A DNA stretch of 45,060 nt, taken from the sequence record DRR723986_5353; one strand, given 5' to 3'. Under the pieces are notes generated by a model that was not told where the DNA came from, did no database searches, and saw only the letters and a program-made list of their open reading frames with translations. Of this stretch, positions 18,192-27,911 are shown piece after piece. Every line of letters begins with the position of its first letter. The stretch's first letter is position 1. Position numbers and translations under genes: made by a program.

Positions 18192-18200
18192 TGCTAAAGT
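18192..18200 (+). promoter_or_regulatory. Extended -10 promoter candidate for the left arm of the glycan island
   Basis: TGcTAAAGT 28 nt upstream of the GTG at 18229. Confidence 0.4.
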
Positions 18201-18228
18201 CCAAGCCTGTGTTTATTGGAAGAACTGA

Positions 18229-19407
18229 GTGAAGAAATTTCTAAGAAAGGAGGACCTGGCGCTTTACGGGGCAAGGCCGGCATTTTCCGATCCTGTGCAT
18301 GTGGGCCGCCCAAATATTGGCGATAAGAATATGCTCGTAGACCTTCTAGGAGAAGCGATTGATCGGGCGTGGCTGACTAATGATGGCCCGTTGGTGAGGG
18401 AGCTGGAGCGGCAAGTAGCCAGCTATCTGGGGGCCAAGCACTGCATAGCAATGTGTAACGGTACTATCGCACTCGAGATCGGAATTCGGGCCGCGGGGTT
18501 AACTGGAGAGGTCATTCTGCCCTCCTATACATTTGTGGCAACTGCACATGCATTATATTGGCAGGGGCTGAAGCCAGTATTTGCGGACATAGACCCGGCC
18601 ACTCACAACCTTGATCCTGAGGCTGTTCGCCAAATGATCACACCGCGCACATCTGGGATAATAGGTGTACATCTTTGGGGTCGTCCGGCTCCAGTAAAAG
18701 AATTGCAGGAAATTGCTGATGAGTATGGGTTGAAACTACTCTTTGATGCGGCGCACGGTTTCGGGTGCAGTTCCAATGGGAGGATGCTTGGCAACTTTGG
18801 TGAAGCAGAGGTGCTAAGTTTTCACGCCACGAAGTTCTTCAACACGTTCGAGGGTGGAGCGGTTGTAACCAATGACGATGACATTGCCAGCGCTGCACGG
18901 CTGATGAGGAATTTCGGTTTCGCAGGCTACGACAATGTAGTTTATCCCGGTACGAATGGTAAGATGATAGAGCCGTGTGCTGCGATGGGGCTGGTGAATC
19001 TTAATGATCTAGACGCAATAATTGAAGCAAATTATCAAAGTTACAGTACTTACGCGAAGGTCGTTGCAGAATTACCAGGAATTTCGCTCATAGGGTATAA
19101 CGAAAGTGAATCTAATAATTATCAGTATATCGTTCTAGAAGTAAGCCCGGAAAGCCCAGTCAGTCGTGATCACCTCGTTGCCGCACTTCACGCCGAAAAT
19201 ATTTTGGCCAGAAAGTATTTTTGGCCAGGTTGCCATGGGATGAAACCTTACAGTGATCTCTACCCGGATGCAGGCTTAATGTTGCCGTTAACTGAGAGGG
19301 TTGCCGCTTCCGTTGTAGTCATGCCGACGGGAAAGAGTATTCTGGGGGAACGTTTGGAGACTATATTGTCGGCCCTCCGACTGATAGTTTCGACTGGCGA
19401 AATATGA
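18229..19407 (+). CDS. DegT/DnrJ/EryC1/StrS PLP-dependent sugar aminotransferase (VioA-like)
   Basis: NGTIAL, PSYTFVAT, FDAAH, PLP lysine motif SFHATKFFNTFEGG. Confidence 0.92.
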   Translation: MKKFLRKEDLALYGARPAFSDPVHVGRPNIGDKNMLVDLLGEAIDRAWLTNDGPLVRELERQVASYLGAKHCIAMCNGTIALEIGIRAAGLTGEVILPSYTFVATAHALYWQGLKPVFADIDPATHNLDPEAVRQMITPRTSGIIGVHLWGRPAPVKELQEIADEYGLKLLFDAAHGFGCSSNGRMLGNFGEAEVLSFHATKFFNTFEGGAVVTNDDDIASAARLMRNFGFAGYDNVVYPGTNGKMIEPCAAMGLVNLNDLDAIIEANYQSYSTYAKVVAELPGISLIGYNESESNNYQYIVLEVSPESPVSRDHLVAALHAENILARKYFWPGCHGMKPYSDLYPDAGLMLPLTERVAASVVVMPTGKSILGERLETILSALRLIVSTGEI

Positions 19408-20063
19408 CAGATAACGAACTTAGCGCGAATTCAAAACTCTATATTGCCGGTGCAGGGGGGCATGCAAAGGAAGTTGCATGGATGGCTCGAGAAACCGTCG
19501 GTGATGAAGTCAAGATCATTCATCTGGTAACCAGCCCGGAATACTTGGGTCCTGATATCAATGGCAACACCGTTAAGTTATTCACGTCCATAAGTGTGAA
19601 CCCAGAAGATCGATACCTTGCAGCAGTGGGGTCCACTGAGTTGCGTCGCAAACTATCGCAGCACTGTGAAAACTTGAGTTTACAGCCGACAACAATTGTT
19701 TCTTCGACTGCCGTTATATCTCAGCACAGTCAACTTGGCGTTGGTTGTATCGTTGCAGCGGGCAGCGTTATCACTACAAACGTCATTCTTGGTAAGCATG
19801 TGCATGCAAATATTGGATGTTTGATAAGCCATGATGTAAGCATTGGAGATTACTCAACGCTCTCACCAGGCGTGAAAGTATCTGGCCATGTTCAGATTGG
19901 GTCGGGTGTGTTCATAGGTAGCGGCGCGACAATAATCAATGGTAGGAAAAATTCACCTGTTGTTATTGGGGACAACTCGACCATTGCCGCAGGGGCGTGC
20001 GTCACTATGAACGTGCCGGCTTGCGCTATGTTTGCCGGTGTGCCAGCTGTGCGCAAGCGATAA
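19404..20063 (+). CDS. Sugar acetyltransferase, NeuD/PglD hexapeptide family
   Basis: GAGGHAKE, ISHD catalytic His, hexapeptide repeats, C-terminal GVPA. Confidence 0.9.
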   Translation: MTDNELSANSKLYIAGAGGHAKEVAWMARETVGDEVKIIHLVTSPEYLGPDINGNTVKLFTSISVNPEDRYLAAVGSTELRRKLSQHCENLSLQPTTIVSSTAVISQHSQLGVGCIVAAGSVITTNVILGKHVHANIGCLISHDVSIGDYSTLSPGVKVSGHVQIGSGVFIGSGATIINGRKNSPVVIGDNSTIAAGACVTMNVPACAMFAGVPAVRKR

Positions 20064-20065
20064 AC

Positions 20066-21535
20066 GTGCGTAAAAATCGAGCTGTCAAGGCGACCGCCTG
20101 GAGTGCTGCTGATGTAATTCTGCGGCAATGCTTTCAGGCAGGCACGGTACTTGTCCTCGCTCGCTTTATTGCGCCCGAAGAGTTCGGAGCGGTAGCTGTC
20201 CTTTACTTGTTTGTTGGTGTGGCAGCCGTATTGGCTGATGCAGGGCTTTCTACTGCTCTGATTCAGAGTCAAAGCATAACTAGGATTGATGAGTCTACAG
20301 CATTCTGGATCAATGGTTTTATCGGTTCTTTACTCGCCTTGGTGTTTATACTTGCCTCCGACTTTGCTGCAACGTCTCTGGACAATCCAGAACTAAAGCT
20401 CTTAGTAATTCTTATGGGCCTGGGTATTTTCTTCAGCTCTTTGGGAGTTGTGCCAATAGCACTCCTAACCAAAAATCTGCGTTTTGGTACTCAGATGGCC
20501 GCAGGGGTAGCGGCTGCTCTACTGTCGGCGGTGATATCGATCACAATGGCCGTCCATGGTCTGGGTATGTGGGCGGTAGCAGCACAGGTTCTTCTTATGT
20601 CCGTAGGCGTAGCGCTTTTCACTTGGATTCTTAGCGGTTGGGCGCCACAGCTTGCCTTTAGCTTTTCGTCTGTGAAGAGGCTAGTTGGATTTAGTGGTTA
20701 TGTACTGCTGGCCAATATCGTAGATATGACGTATTCGCGAGCGTATACATTACTCATAGGTAAAAAGATTGGGCTCGCTGAGCTCGGTGTTTATGATAGG
20801 GCTGAGCAAACGAAGCAGCTTCCAAGTAATTTTTTCTCACTACTTCTTGGGCGAATTATGTTGCCTCTACTTTCAGAGGTCGTAGGGGAGATCCCTCGCT
20901 TTAGGCTAGCTCTTCGAACCTGTGTAAAGAGTGTGATGTTAGTAAATATGCCAGTAATGCTTGGGCTATCTGCGCTTGGTGGGCCAATAATTTTGACATT
21001 GTTTGGGGATGCTTGGGTTGATGCGATTACGCCTTTTAGGATTCTATGTCTTGGTGCAGTGCTATGGCCCTTGCACATGATAAACGTAAGTGCAATCTTA
21101 GCTTCGGGTCGTTCTGGAATTATCCTGTCAATGGAAATTCCGAAAAAACTGGTGGGCTTAGTATTGCTATACATTGGGATAAGCTTTGGGCTGGAAGGAG
21201 CGGCATGGAGCCAGGTGGTTTATTCGATAGCAGTATTTTTTCTCAATGCGTACATTAGTGGTAGATTCTTCGGTTATGGTGTGGTTCAACAAATTCAAGA
21301 TATGATCCCGATATTTTCTGCATCTGCGGTAACAGCTCTATTTATTCTTGGAGTGGATGAATTTTTGGAGATATCGCTATTATTGAAGGTCTTTACCTTG
21401 GTGTGTTTGGCAGCGCTTTTCTACCTGCTGGTATGCGCAGTATTTAAGCTTAGTGCATTTACTGATCTTATAAATGTAAGAAAGTCTTTACTTGCTGAAA
21501 AGAGCAAAGAGCCTTTTGAAAAGCTTAGAATATGA
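20066..21535 (+). CDS. wzx: Wzx-type oligosaccharide flippase (MOP/PST family)
   Basis: LARFIAPEEFG, DAGLSTALIQ, many TM segments; GTG at 20066 preferred over the upstream extension overlapping the acetyltransferase. Confidence 0.9.
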   Translation: MRKNRAVKATAWSAADVILRQCFQAGTVLVLARFIAPEEFGAVAVLYLFVGVAAVLADAGLSTALIQSQSITRIDESTAFWINGFIGSLLALVFILASDFAATSLDNPELKLLVILMGLGIFFSSLGVVPIALLTKNLRFGTQMAAGVAAALLSAVISITMAVHGLGMWAVAAQVLLMSVGVALFTWILSGWAPQLAFSFSSVKRLVGFSGYVLLANIVDMTYSRAYTLLIGKKIGLAELGVYDRAEQTKQLPSNFFSLLLGRIMLPLLSEVVGEIPRFRLALRTCVKSVMLVNMPVMLGLSALGGPIILTLFGDAWVDAITPFRILCLGAVLWPLHMINVSAILASGRSGIILSMEIPKKLVGLVLLYIGISFGLEGAAWSQVVYSIAVFFLNAYISGRFFGYGVVQQIQDMIPIFSASAVTALFILGVDEFLEISLLLKVFTLVCLAALFYLLVCAVFKLSAFTDLINVRKSLLAEKSKEPFEKLRI

Positions 21536-22641
21536 GCGGCATGGTAATGACTACCAAATGGAGTGAGCAGTCTTGCCTTGGCAGCTTATCGAAGAGTCCA
21601 ATGGCTAGCGTTGTCATGCTGGTTTATAACCACGCAGATTACCTTGACGAGGCCATAAGGAGTATTCTCGACCAGCACACAAGCTTTGACTTCGAGATTC
21701 TTGTGGGCGAGGACTGTTCTACAGACGAAAGTCGCAAAATTGCAAAGGACTATCAGCGTTTATATCCATCAATAATAAGAGTTCTAGAGCCCAGCCATAA
21801 TGTTGGTATGGGTCAAAATGCGGAGAAGCTAATTCTAGAGAGCCGCGGCAAGTATATTGTCTTTTGTGAAGGCGATGATTATTGGCTGGATCCACTCAAG
21901 CTCCAGACGCAGGTAGATTTTCTAGAGTTAAACATAGATTATTCGGCAGTGCATACATCATTCTTGGTAACGCAATACAGATATTCGAAATGGCGATTGA
22001 GTAAAAAAGACGGAAAGGAAGATGCGTCTAGCGTTCCATCTGGGTATGTGTTTGAAAGCTTACTTAGGGGCAATTTCATCCAGACATGCACCTTCTGCGG
22101 GCGGTCGGATGTGGCTAAAGCAGCTATGATGAGCCGCCTAGAATTTTTATCCTATCCTGTTATTGATTGGCCTCTCTTTCTCTTCCATGCGGCGAAAGGT
22201 AAGATCGCTTACCTTGATACCTATTCGGCCGTATATAGGCGGGCTCCCGGCTCTGCGTTAAATTCCGGTAGCGCAAGTACACTTGCCATATCCATGAACT
22301 GCCTACCGATGCTCCACGAAATCTTTGACTTTTTTGAAGTAAATAATGCCAAGAAAAATTCAGCCCTTTCCAGTCTTCATGTCACCATTTTGTCCCAAGC
22401 GCTAGTTAGTGGAAACAGAGGAGTATTTTGGGAATCCTGGTCGTGGTTAGAACGAAATGACCATCTTTTGCTCGAAAAGTTTCCGAGGCGGATAATGCCT
22501 TTTTTGATGCGCTACGAGTTCGTTAGAAAGAGGTTAATAGGTTTGATTAGCGTTAGAAACTATCTTGCTGACTTGCTAATATTTCGTAAACCGGCATCAG
22601 TTTCATATTTGAAAAGCCAATCGAAAGCGAAGAACTTTTAG
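21532..22641 (+). CDS. Glycosyltransferase family 2
   Basis: SVVMLVYNH, GEDCSTD, CEGDDYW, KLQTQVDFL. Confidence 0.92.
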   Translation: MSGMVMTTKWSEQSCLGSLSKSPMASVVMLVYNHADYLDEAIRSILDQHTSFDFEILVGEDCSTDESRKIAKDYQRLYPSIIRVLEPSHNVGMGQNAEKLILESRGKYIVFCEGDDYWLDPLKLQTQVDFLELNIDYSAVHTSFLVTQYRYSKWRLSKKDGKEDASSVPSGYVFESLLRGNFIQTCTFCGRSDVAKAAMMSRLEFLSYPVIDWPLFLFHAAKGKIAYLDTYSAVYRRAPGSALNSGSASTLAISMNCLPMLHEIFDFFEVNNAKKNSALSSLHVTILSQALVSGNRGVFWESWSWLERNDHLLLEKFPRRIMPFLMRYEFVRKRLIGLISVRNYLADLLIFRKPASVSYLKSQSKAKNF

Positions 22642-22675
22642 ATTCCCCAGTCTTTACTCGCGGAGTATTTGTCCA

Positions 22676-23461
22676 ATGTCATTTGCAGCATGGAATAGGG
22701 CTATCCTTCGCGTGATTTCGGGAAGGATGCCATTTGGGAAGTATCATTGTACTGCCTGCCATTCTAAAGTTTTAACCTTTTTGCCGTATCGCGAAGGTCT
22801 GCGATCACAGCCTGCATTGATGAGAGCTCTTAATGTTATAGGAAGCGATCTACAAAGTTTCGAGTGCCCACGATGTGGCTCGCATGACCGGGAGCGGCAC
22901 TTAATGTTCTATATGGAAGCTTGCGGTGTATTCGACTCCTTAGCAGGATCTAGTATTTTGCATTTTGCTCCGGAAACGCAGCTCTCAAGTAGAATCGTGC
23001 GGTGCTCTCCCAGTATGTACATAAAGGGAGACCTTACTCCAAAGGCTCCCGACATTCAAAGAATTGATCTTCTTTCTATTCCATATCCCGATGACTCATT
23101 TGACCTTGTACTGGCTAATCATGTTCTAGAGCATGTGCCGGACGATAAGAAAGCGCTATTAGAGATATTTCGAGTGCTTCGGCCTGGCGGGGCAGCAATT
23201 TTGCAAACCCCGTACAGTGAAAAGCTTAAAAGTACATGGGAGGACTCAGGGATAGATGATGATCTAACCAGATTGCAGTCATATGGCCAAGAGGATCATG
23301 TTCGCTTGTACGGACAAGACATATTTGACAGGTTTACCAAATGTGGTCTGCGGTCGGACGTAACGATGCATAAGGATGTTTTGCCAGGTATAGACGCAAA
23401 GTTGGAGGGTGTGAATCCCCTCGAACCATTTTTCTTATTTCGTAAAGATGGATTTCCATAG
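22676..23461 (+). CDS. Class I SAM-dependent methyltransferase with N-terminal CxxC/CxxC zinc ribbon
   Basis: CTAC and CPRC, ILHFAPE, FDLVLANHVLEHV, RVLRPGG, GQEDHVR. Confidence 0.85.
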   Translation: MSFAAWNRAILRVISGRMPFGKYHCTACHSKVLTFLPYREGLRSQPALMRALNVIGSDLQSFECPRCGSHDRERHLMFYMEACGVFDSLAGSSILHFAPETQLSSRIVRCSPSMYIKGDLTPKAPDIQRIDLLSIPYPDDSFDLVLANHVLEHVPDDKKALLEIFRVLRPGGAAILQTPYSEKLKSTWEDSGIDDDLTRLQSYGQEDHVRLYGQDIFDRFTKCGLRSDVTMHKDVLPGIDAKLEGVNPLEPFFLFRKDGFP

Positions 23462-24116
23462 AGAATAATTCGAAAGTTCCTCATCGCCTTGGCGGCATAT
23501 GTTTAGTTGTGCGTGGTCGGATTCTCTTGGTGATAGCGGGTAGCTAAATATGGCGATTGACCAATCAGTTTGGAGTATAAACGGGGTCCTACCTCGCTAT
23601 GAATAGGTTCCGGATTACCGGGGTTCGGCCAGGAAAATCTTTGCAAAGTGCCGGGATTCAGTTCATTTTTTCGAAAAGCTAGAGACCTTTCAAAAGTTCG
23701 ACGTCTGATAATCTATCTCATTTCTGCAAGGTGGCTTTTCTGGGCTTATCGCGCTTGGCAAAGAAACTGATTACGCATCAGAGACTATTTAGATGTTAGC
23801 TAACTCGGTTGATGTTTTTCTGAAGAATGTAATATTTGACTGTGATCTGGATTTACTTAAACAGAGTCAGCGCGGATCTGAAGTTGGAAAAAGCTATTGC
23901 GACTAGAAGATAATGCTAAGTATTGTCGGCTTCATGCTTATCGTGCATGTGCTGGAAATTTTTAAAGGGGACTGAGGCTCCACAGGCGCAGATTTCTTTA
24001 GCTACTCTATAGCAAAGAGGTATTTCAGAAGAGTTTTTGAATAGCTACACTTACACCTATTACTCAGTGGAATACTTCTTAATTGTAAACTGCTCTCTAG
24101 GGTTCAAATACTAATA

Positions 24117-25004
24117 ATGCATACGAAGCTTGCTCGTATTTACAGAAAGGGTGGTCTAAGGGCGATCTTGAGTACTTTTTGGAGGTTGCTTTCTCCCGTT
24201 TCTGCGAGAATGATGCCTGAGTTGAAGGCGCATTTAGTTAAAGGCAGAGGCATTGAGATTGGCGGTCCTAGTTCTATATTTACCGAGCGAGGATTGCTTC
24301 CGATTTACCCCCTCCTGGAGCGCTTAGACAACTGCAACTTTGCGCGTGAAACTCTCTGGGATGAAGGTCGGGAAGCTGGTTCCAGAATTTTATATGCGAA
24401 ATATCAAAACTCTGGCGTTCAGTACATACTTGAAGCTTCAGATCTTGCAGAAATTGCAGACGGAACATACGATTACCTAATTTCTTCTCATGCACTCGAG
24501 CACTGCGCGAATCCCTTGAAAGTATTGAATGAATGGTCGCGAGTGCTAACTGATAGCGGCTTCTTGTTACTGATACTTCCGCATATGGAAGGAACCTTCG
24601 ATCATCGCCGACCTGTAACTGAGCTTTCTCATATGATCAGTGACTACGAGCTTAATGTCGGAGAGGATGATCAAACTCACTTTGAAGAAGTAGAGAGATT
24701 GCATGATCTCACTCGAGATCCGGAAGCTGGCGATGCGAAATCCTTCTCTGCGCGCGTCAAAGATAACTTACAAAATAGGGGCATACATCATCATGTTTTC
24801 GACACTGAGACAGCGCTTGCAATGGTGGACTTTGCTGGTTTTCAGATACTTGCAGTAGAGTCTTTCCTGCCGTTCCACATTATATGTTTTGCTCAGAAGC
24901 CGGCGACTCTCCAAGGTAAAAGTAACGAAAAGTTTTTGGATAGAAGTGCAGATTGGCGCGCTCAAAGTCAGTTTAAGATGGACAGAGAAGGCTTACGTTT
25001 TTAG
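24117..25004 (+). CDS. Class I SAM-dependent methyltransferase
   Basis: GIEIGGPS, YDYLISSHALEHCANP, EWSRVL. Confidence 0.85.
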   Translation: MHTKLARIYRKGGLRAILSTFWRLLSPVSARMMPELKAHLVKGRGIEIGGPSSIFTERGLLPIYPLLERLDNCNFARETLWDEGREAGSRILYAKYQNSGVQYILEASDLAEIADGTYDYLISSHALEHCANPLKVLNEWSRVLTDSGFLLLILPHMEGTFDHRRPVTELSHMISDYELNVGEDDQTHFEEVERLHDLTRDPEAGDAKSFSARVKDNLQNRGIHHHVFDTETALAMVDFAGFQILAVESFLPFHIICFAQKPATLQGKSNEKFLDRSADWRAQSQFKMDREGLRF

Positions 25005-25009
25005 GCCTG

Positions 25010-25954
25010 CTAACTATCGTACTTGCCCATGCGGGAGGTCACTCCATCACGTACTCCTATAAAAAAGTGTCTTATGCTTTGATATCTTTGTAACGAAAAT
25101 AGGCTATGTGTATAAAGTAAACCCAGTGAATACCAGCTACTACGGATCTTCCACCGCCAATCAATCTTATTGTCCTTCAGCAGAGCAACAAAGTTTCTAG
25201 TTCGGTAATAAAGTCTCAAGGGGCTATAAAGACTCTCGTTTCTCCAGCCGAAGTACCAAACGCGCACCGAATCTTCTCCCATCCTTTGGAACATACGTGC
25301 TGCTCCACTGCCGATTAGGGTAAAGCCCCTATGGCGCGCCCTCATTCCCCAATCAATGTCGACGTAGTCTATAAAAAGATCCTCACGCATCGGGCCAACT
25401 TTGGATAGTGCAGATGTAGGTATAAGAGTGCCTGAAGTTATCAAGGAAAGGGTTTCAACATAGGGGTCGTCTTCAGTTGGTGTGACGTGGGAGTAGAAGA
25501 GTTTGCGTGGCTTCTGCTGTTGAAAAGGATATGTGACACCGGTGTGCATATCAGTGTATGTAGGGCCTACAGCGCCGATCTTATCAAAGCTCCATCGAGA
25601 AGATCTGAAGACATCTAATAGCCTCGAGACCATGTCAGTCGCGGGCAGGCTATCCTGGTCACTTAGAAGCACGAAATCTGTACCCAGGCTGATGGCTTTG
25701 TCGCAACCTTCGTTTAGAGCCTTTGCTATTCCTAGATTCTCACCGAATCGAATTATTTCGCATCGCCCAGGTGCGATTGAATTAGAGATAACCGCCTCTA
25801 GTGGTTTGTTTTTATCGCCGGGCGTGTTGTCGACCAGAACAACTCTTTGAGTTTGGTCAAGTAGAGTATTGAGTAAGGGAGAAAGATCATCCAGATTAGG
25901 GTGATAGGTAACGATAATGCTCGTGATAACTGGATCAGCCGGCAGGTAGCTCAC
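25010..25954 (-). CDS. GT2 glycosyltransferase, rhamnosyltransferase (RfbF-like)
   Basis: IVTYHP, VDNT, NLGIAKALNEG, DQDS, LITSG, LFIDYVD, RLYYRTRN. Confidence 0.88.
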   Translation of the reverse strand: MSYLPADPVITSIIVTYHPNLDDLSPLLNTLLDQTQRVVLVDNTPGDKNKPLEAVISNSIAPGRCEIIRFGENLGIAKALNEGCDKAISLGTDFVLLSDQDSLPATDMVSRLLDVFRSSRWSFDKIGAVGPTYTDMHTGVTYPFQQQKPRKLFYSHVTPTEDDPYVETLSLITSGTLIPTSALSKVGPMREDLFIDYVDIDWGMRARHRGFTLIGSGAARMFQRMGEDSVRVWYFGWRNESLYSPLRLYYRTRNFVALLKDNKIDWRWKIRSSWYSLGLLYTHSLFSLQRYQSIRHFFIGVRDGVTSRMGKYDS

Positions 25955-27015
25955 TTGTGTGAATCTCCACTGATCTTGGGGATACCATAGCGGCGCAGCA
26001 TACGAAATTTTTGTGGTAACAGTTGAAAGCTGCGAAAGTAATCAATGAAGCCAATTTTTCGTTTTGCCTGACACTGTGCACGCATTTCCATCAGAAGACT
26101 ACGATTGCTGGCAAGCGCGAAGAAAACGTTCAAGTAGATTGCTGTGAATATGCGGAAGTTCATTCGGAAAGCGCTTAGCAATACGCCCTCGATTGTAAGA
26201 AGAGCCAGGTGAGCGGCAAGGAGTGGCCACATTAGTGCTGTTGGTGTCATCGTGAAGAGAGCGTAGGTTTTGTTACGCTCGCTGAGGCGTCTTCTTTGTA
26301 AAGTACTTTGAAGCGTTCCATCCTGCGGTTTGTTGCCCCCAAAGCTATGACCCTGTCTGTGTCGATATCCGCTAGTTAGTGTTGAGTCTACCGAAATTCC
26401 GGACAGTCTGGCCAAACAGCAAATATAAAGGTCTTCACCAATCGACTGGATCCATTCCGGAAATCCACCGAGTTGTTGCCATTTTGTCCGTTCAATCCAT
26501 AGGCATGCTCCGATAACCATTGCGACGTTAGTGCGGCTTTCATCTGTATTGGGTACGGGATTGTAGAAAAGGTCTAGCAGGCAGCCTTTGTCAACCAACT
26601 GACCATTTGTCCAATCGTACTGTGGTAACGTAAGAATACCTCGGGGATTCTGCTGTTCGGCAACCGCTAGCAGCGTAGAAAGTGCATCAGCATGTAAGGC
26701 GGCATCGTTGTTTAGTAGCAAAACATATTGGCCTCGGGCACGAGAGACCATGCGATTGTTTGACGTGCAAAAGCCGACGTTTGCAAGTCCCGAGATCAGT
26801 TCTACCTGAGGATACTTTTCTCGGAGAAACGCTACTGAATTATCAGGAGACGCGTCGTCATGGACAATGATTTCGACATCGAAGCTGAAGTCTTGATCAA
26901 GCACCGAGTCGATGCAAGCCGATACAAGCGCTGTGTCCTTGTAATGAGCAATACAGACAGAAACCAGAGGTTTCTCTACCCGATTCAGCGCTGGGAAGTA
27001 TTCAACCAATTCCAT
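25951..27015 (-). CDS. Glycosyltransferase family 2
   Basis: VSVCIAHY, HDDASPD, NVGF, LLLNNDA, GED. Confidence 0.9.
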   Translation of the reverse strand: MELVEYFPALNRVEKPLVSVCIAHYKDTALVSACIDSVLDQDFSFDVEIIVHDDASPDNSVAFLREKYPQVELISGLANVGFCTSNNRMVSRARGQYVLLLNNDAALHADALSTLLAVAEQQNPRGILTLPQYDWTNGQLVDKGCLLDLFYNPVPNTDESRTNVAMVIGACLWIERTKWQQLGGFPEWIQSIGEDLYICCLARLSGISVDSTLTSGYRHRQGHSFGGNKPQDGTLQSTLQRRRLSERNKTYALFTMTPTALMWPLLAAHLALLTIEGVLLSAFRMNFRIFTAIYLNVFFALASNRSLLMEMRAQCQAKRKIGFIDYFRSFQLLPQKFRMLRRYGIPKISGDSHK

Positions 27016-27911
27016 GTTCGTCTGATTCCATCGGCAAGCCTCACAGAGGGTCGCCAGTCCAGTACTTCACGCGCAAGATCTGAATTGACGACTACGCTGC
27101 TGGCGTCGACTGAGCGTGTTTCTTGATAGACGCGTTTAAGTGATCGACCACTCGCCTGTTCGGCAAGGGTGAACAAGGCATTCAAGCTAACGGCATCGCC
27201 GCTCGCTGCATTTAGAGTCTTTACTTTCTCAGGGAAGGTGCATTGCAGAGTTCTGACGACAAGTTCAATAAGGTCATCGATAAACAGGTAATCTCTAACC
27301 GAAGAGCCGTCGCCCCAGACCGTCAATATCTCCTCACGCTGAATACAGCCCAGAGCCGCTGGGATTATTCCGAAACCAGCCTTCTCGTTCTGGCCCGGCC
27401 CGTATATATTCGAAGGTCTGATGATAACCGCGTTGCCGTTAAATTGCCTTGCCCACGCACCTATGAATTGCTCCGCCGCCACTTTTGCGGCGCCATGATA
27501 GGATTTTGGTTGTGGTAGCTCGTCTTCTGTTGACTCTGATGTGGCCTTCTCGCCATATAGGGCGCCTGCGGAAGAGAAGTAAACGAGGCGAATATTCGGT
27601 CTCGCCTGCAAGGCTTCAAGTAATGTCAGTAGCGGTTTCAGGCCGTTTTCTAATTCGGTCAACGGCTTGCCGGCGCTGCTTCCGGGTGAACTCGTTGCTG
27701 CGAGGTAAATGATAGAACCCACATTCTCCAGAAGGGGCTCGATGTCTTCCTCTTTATGGCAGTTGCTGACAACTTGTTCATAGCCAGTTGAGGGCGAGGG
27801 ATGGCTGCGGCGACAAACCGCTCTAACAACAATGCCACGTTCTGTCAGCGCTCGACAAAGTGATCTGCCTACAAAACCGCAAGCACCAATGACAAGAACC
27901 CGGTTACTCAA
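26985..27911 (-). CDS. NAD-dependent epimerase/dehydratase (extended SDR)
   Basis: GACGFVG, FSSAG, HGAAK (His at the usual YxxxK Tyr position, Tyr one residue earlier), RPSNIYGPGQ, VWGDGSSVRDYLFIDD. Confidence 0.9.
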   Translation of the reverse strand: MSNRVLVIGACGFVGRSLCRALTERGIVVRAVCRRSHPSPSTGYEQVVSNCHKEEDIEPLLENVGSIIYLAATSSPGSSAGKPLTELENGLKPLLTLLEALQARPNIRLVYFSSAGALYGEKATSESTEDELPQPKSYHGAAKVAAEQFIGAWARQFNGNAVIIRPSNIYGPGQNEKAGFGIIPAALGCIQREEILTVWGDGSSVRDYLFIDDLIELVVRTLQCTFPEKVKTLNAASGDAVSLNALFTLAEQASGRSLKRVYQETRSVDASSVVVNSDLAREVLDWRPSVRLADGIRRTWNWLNTSQR

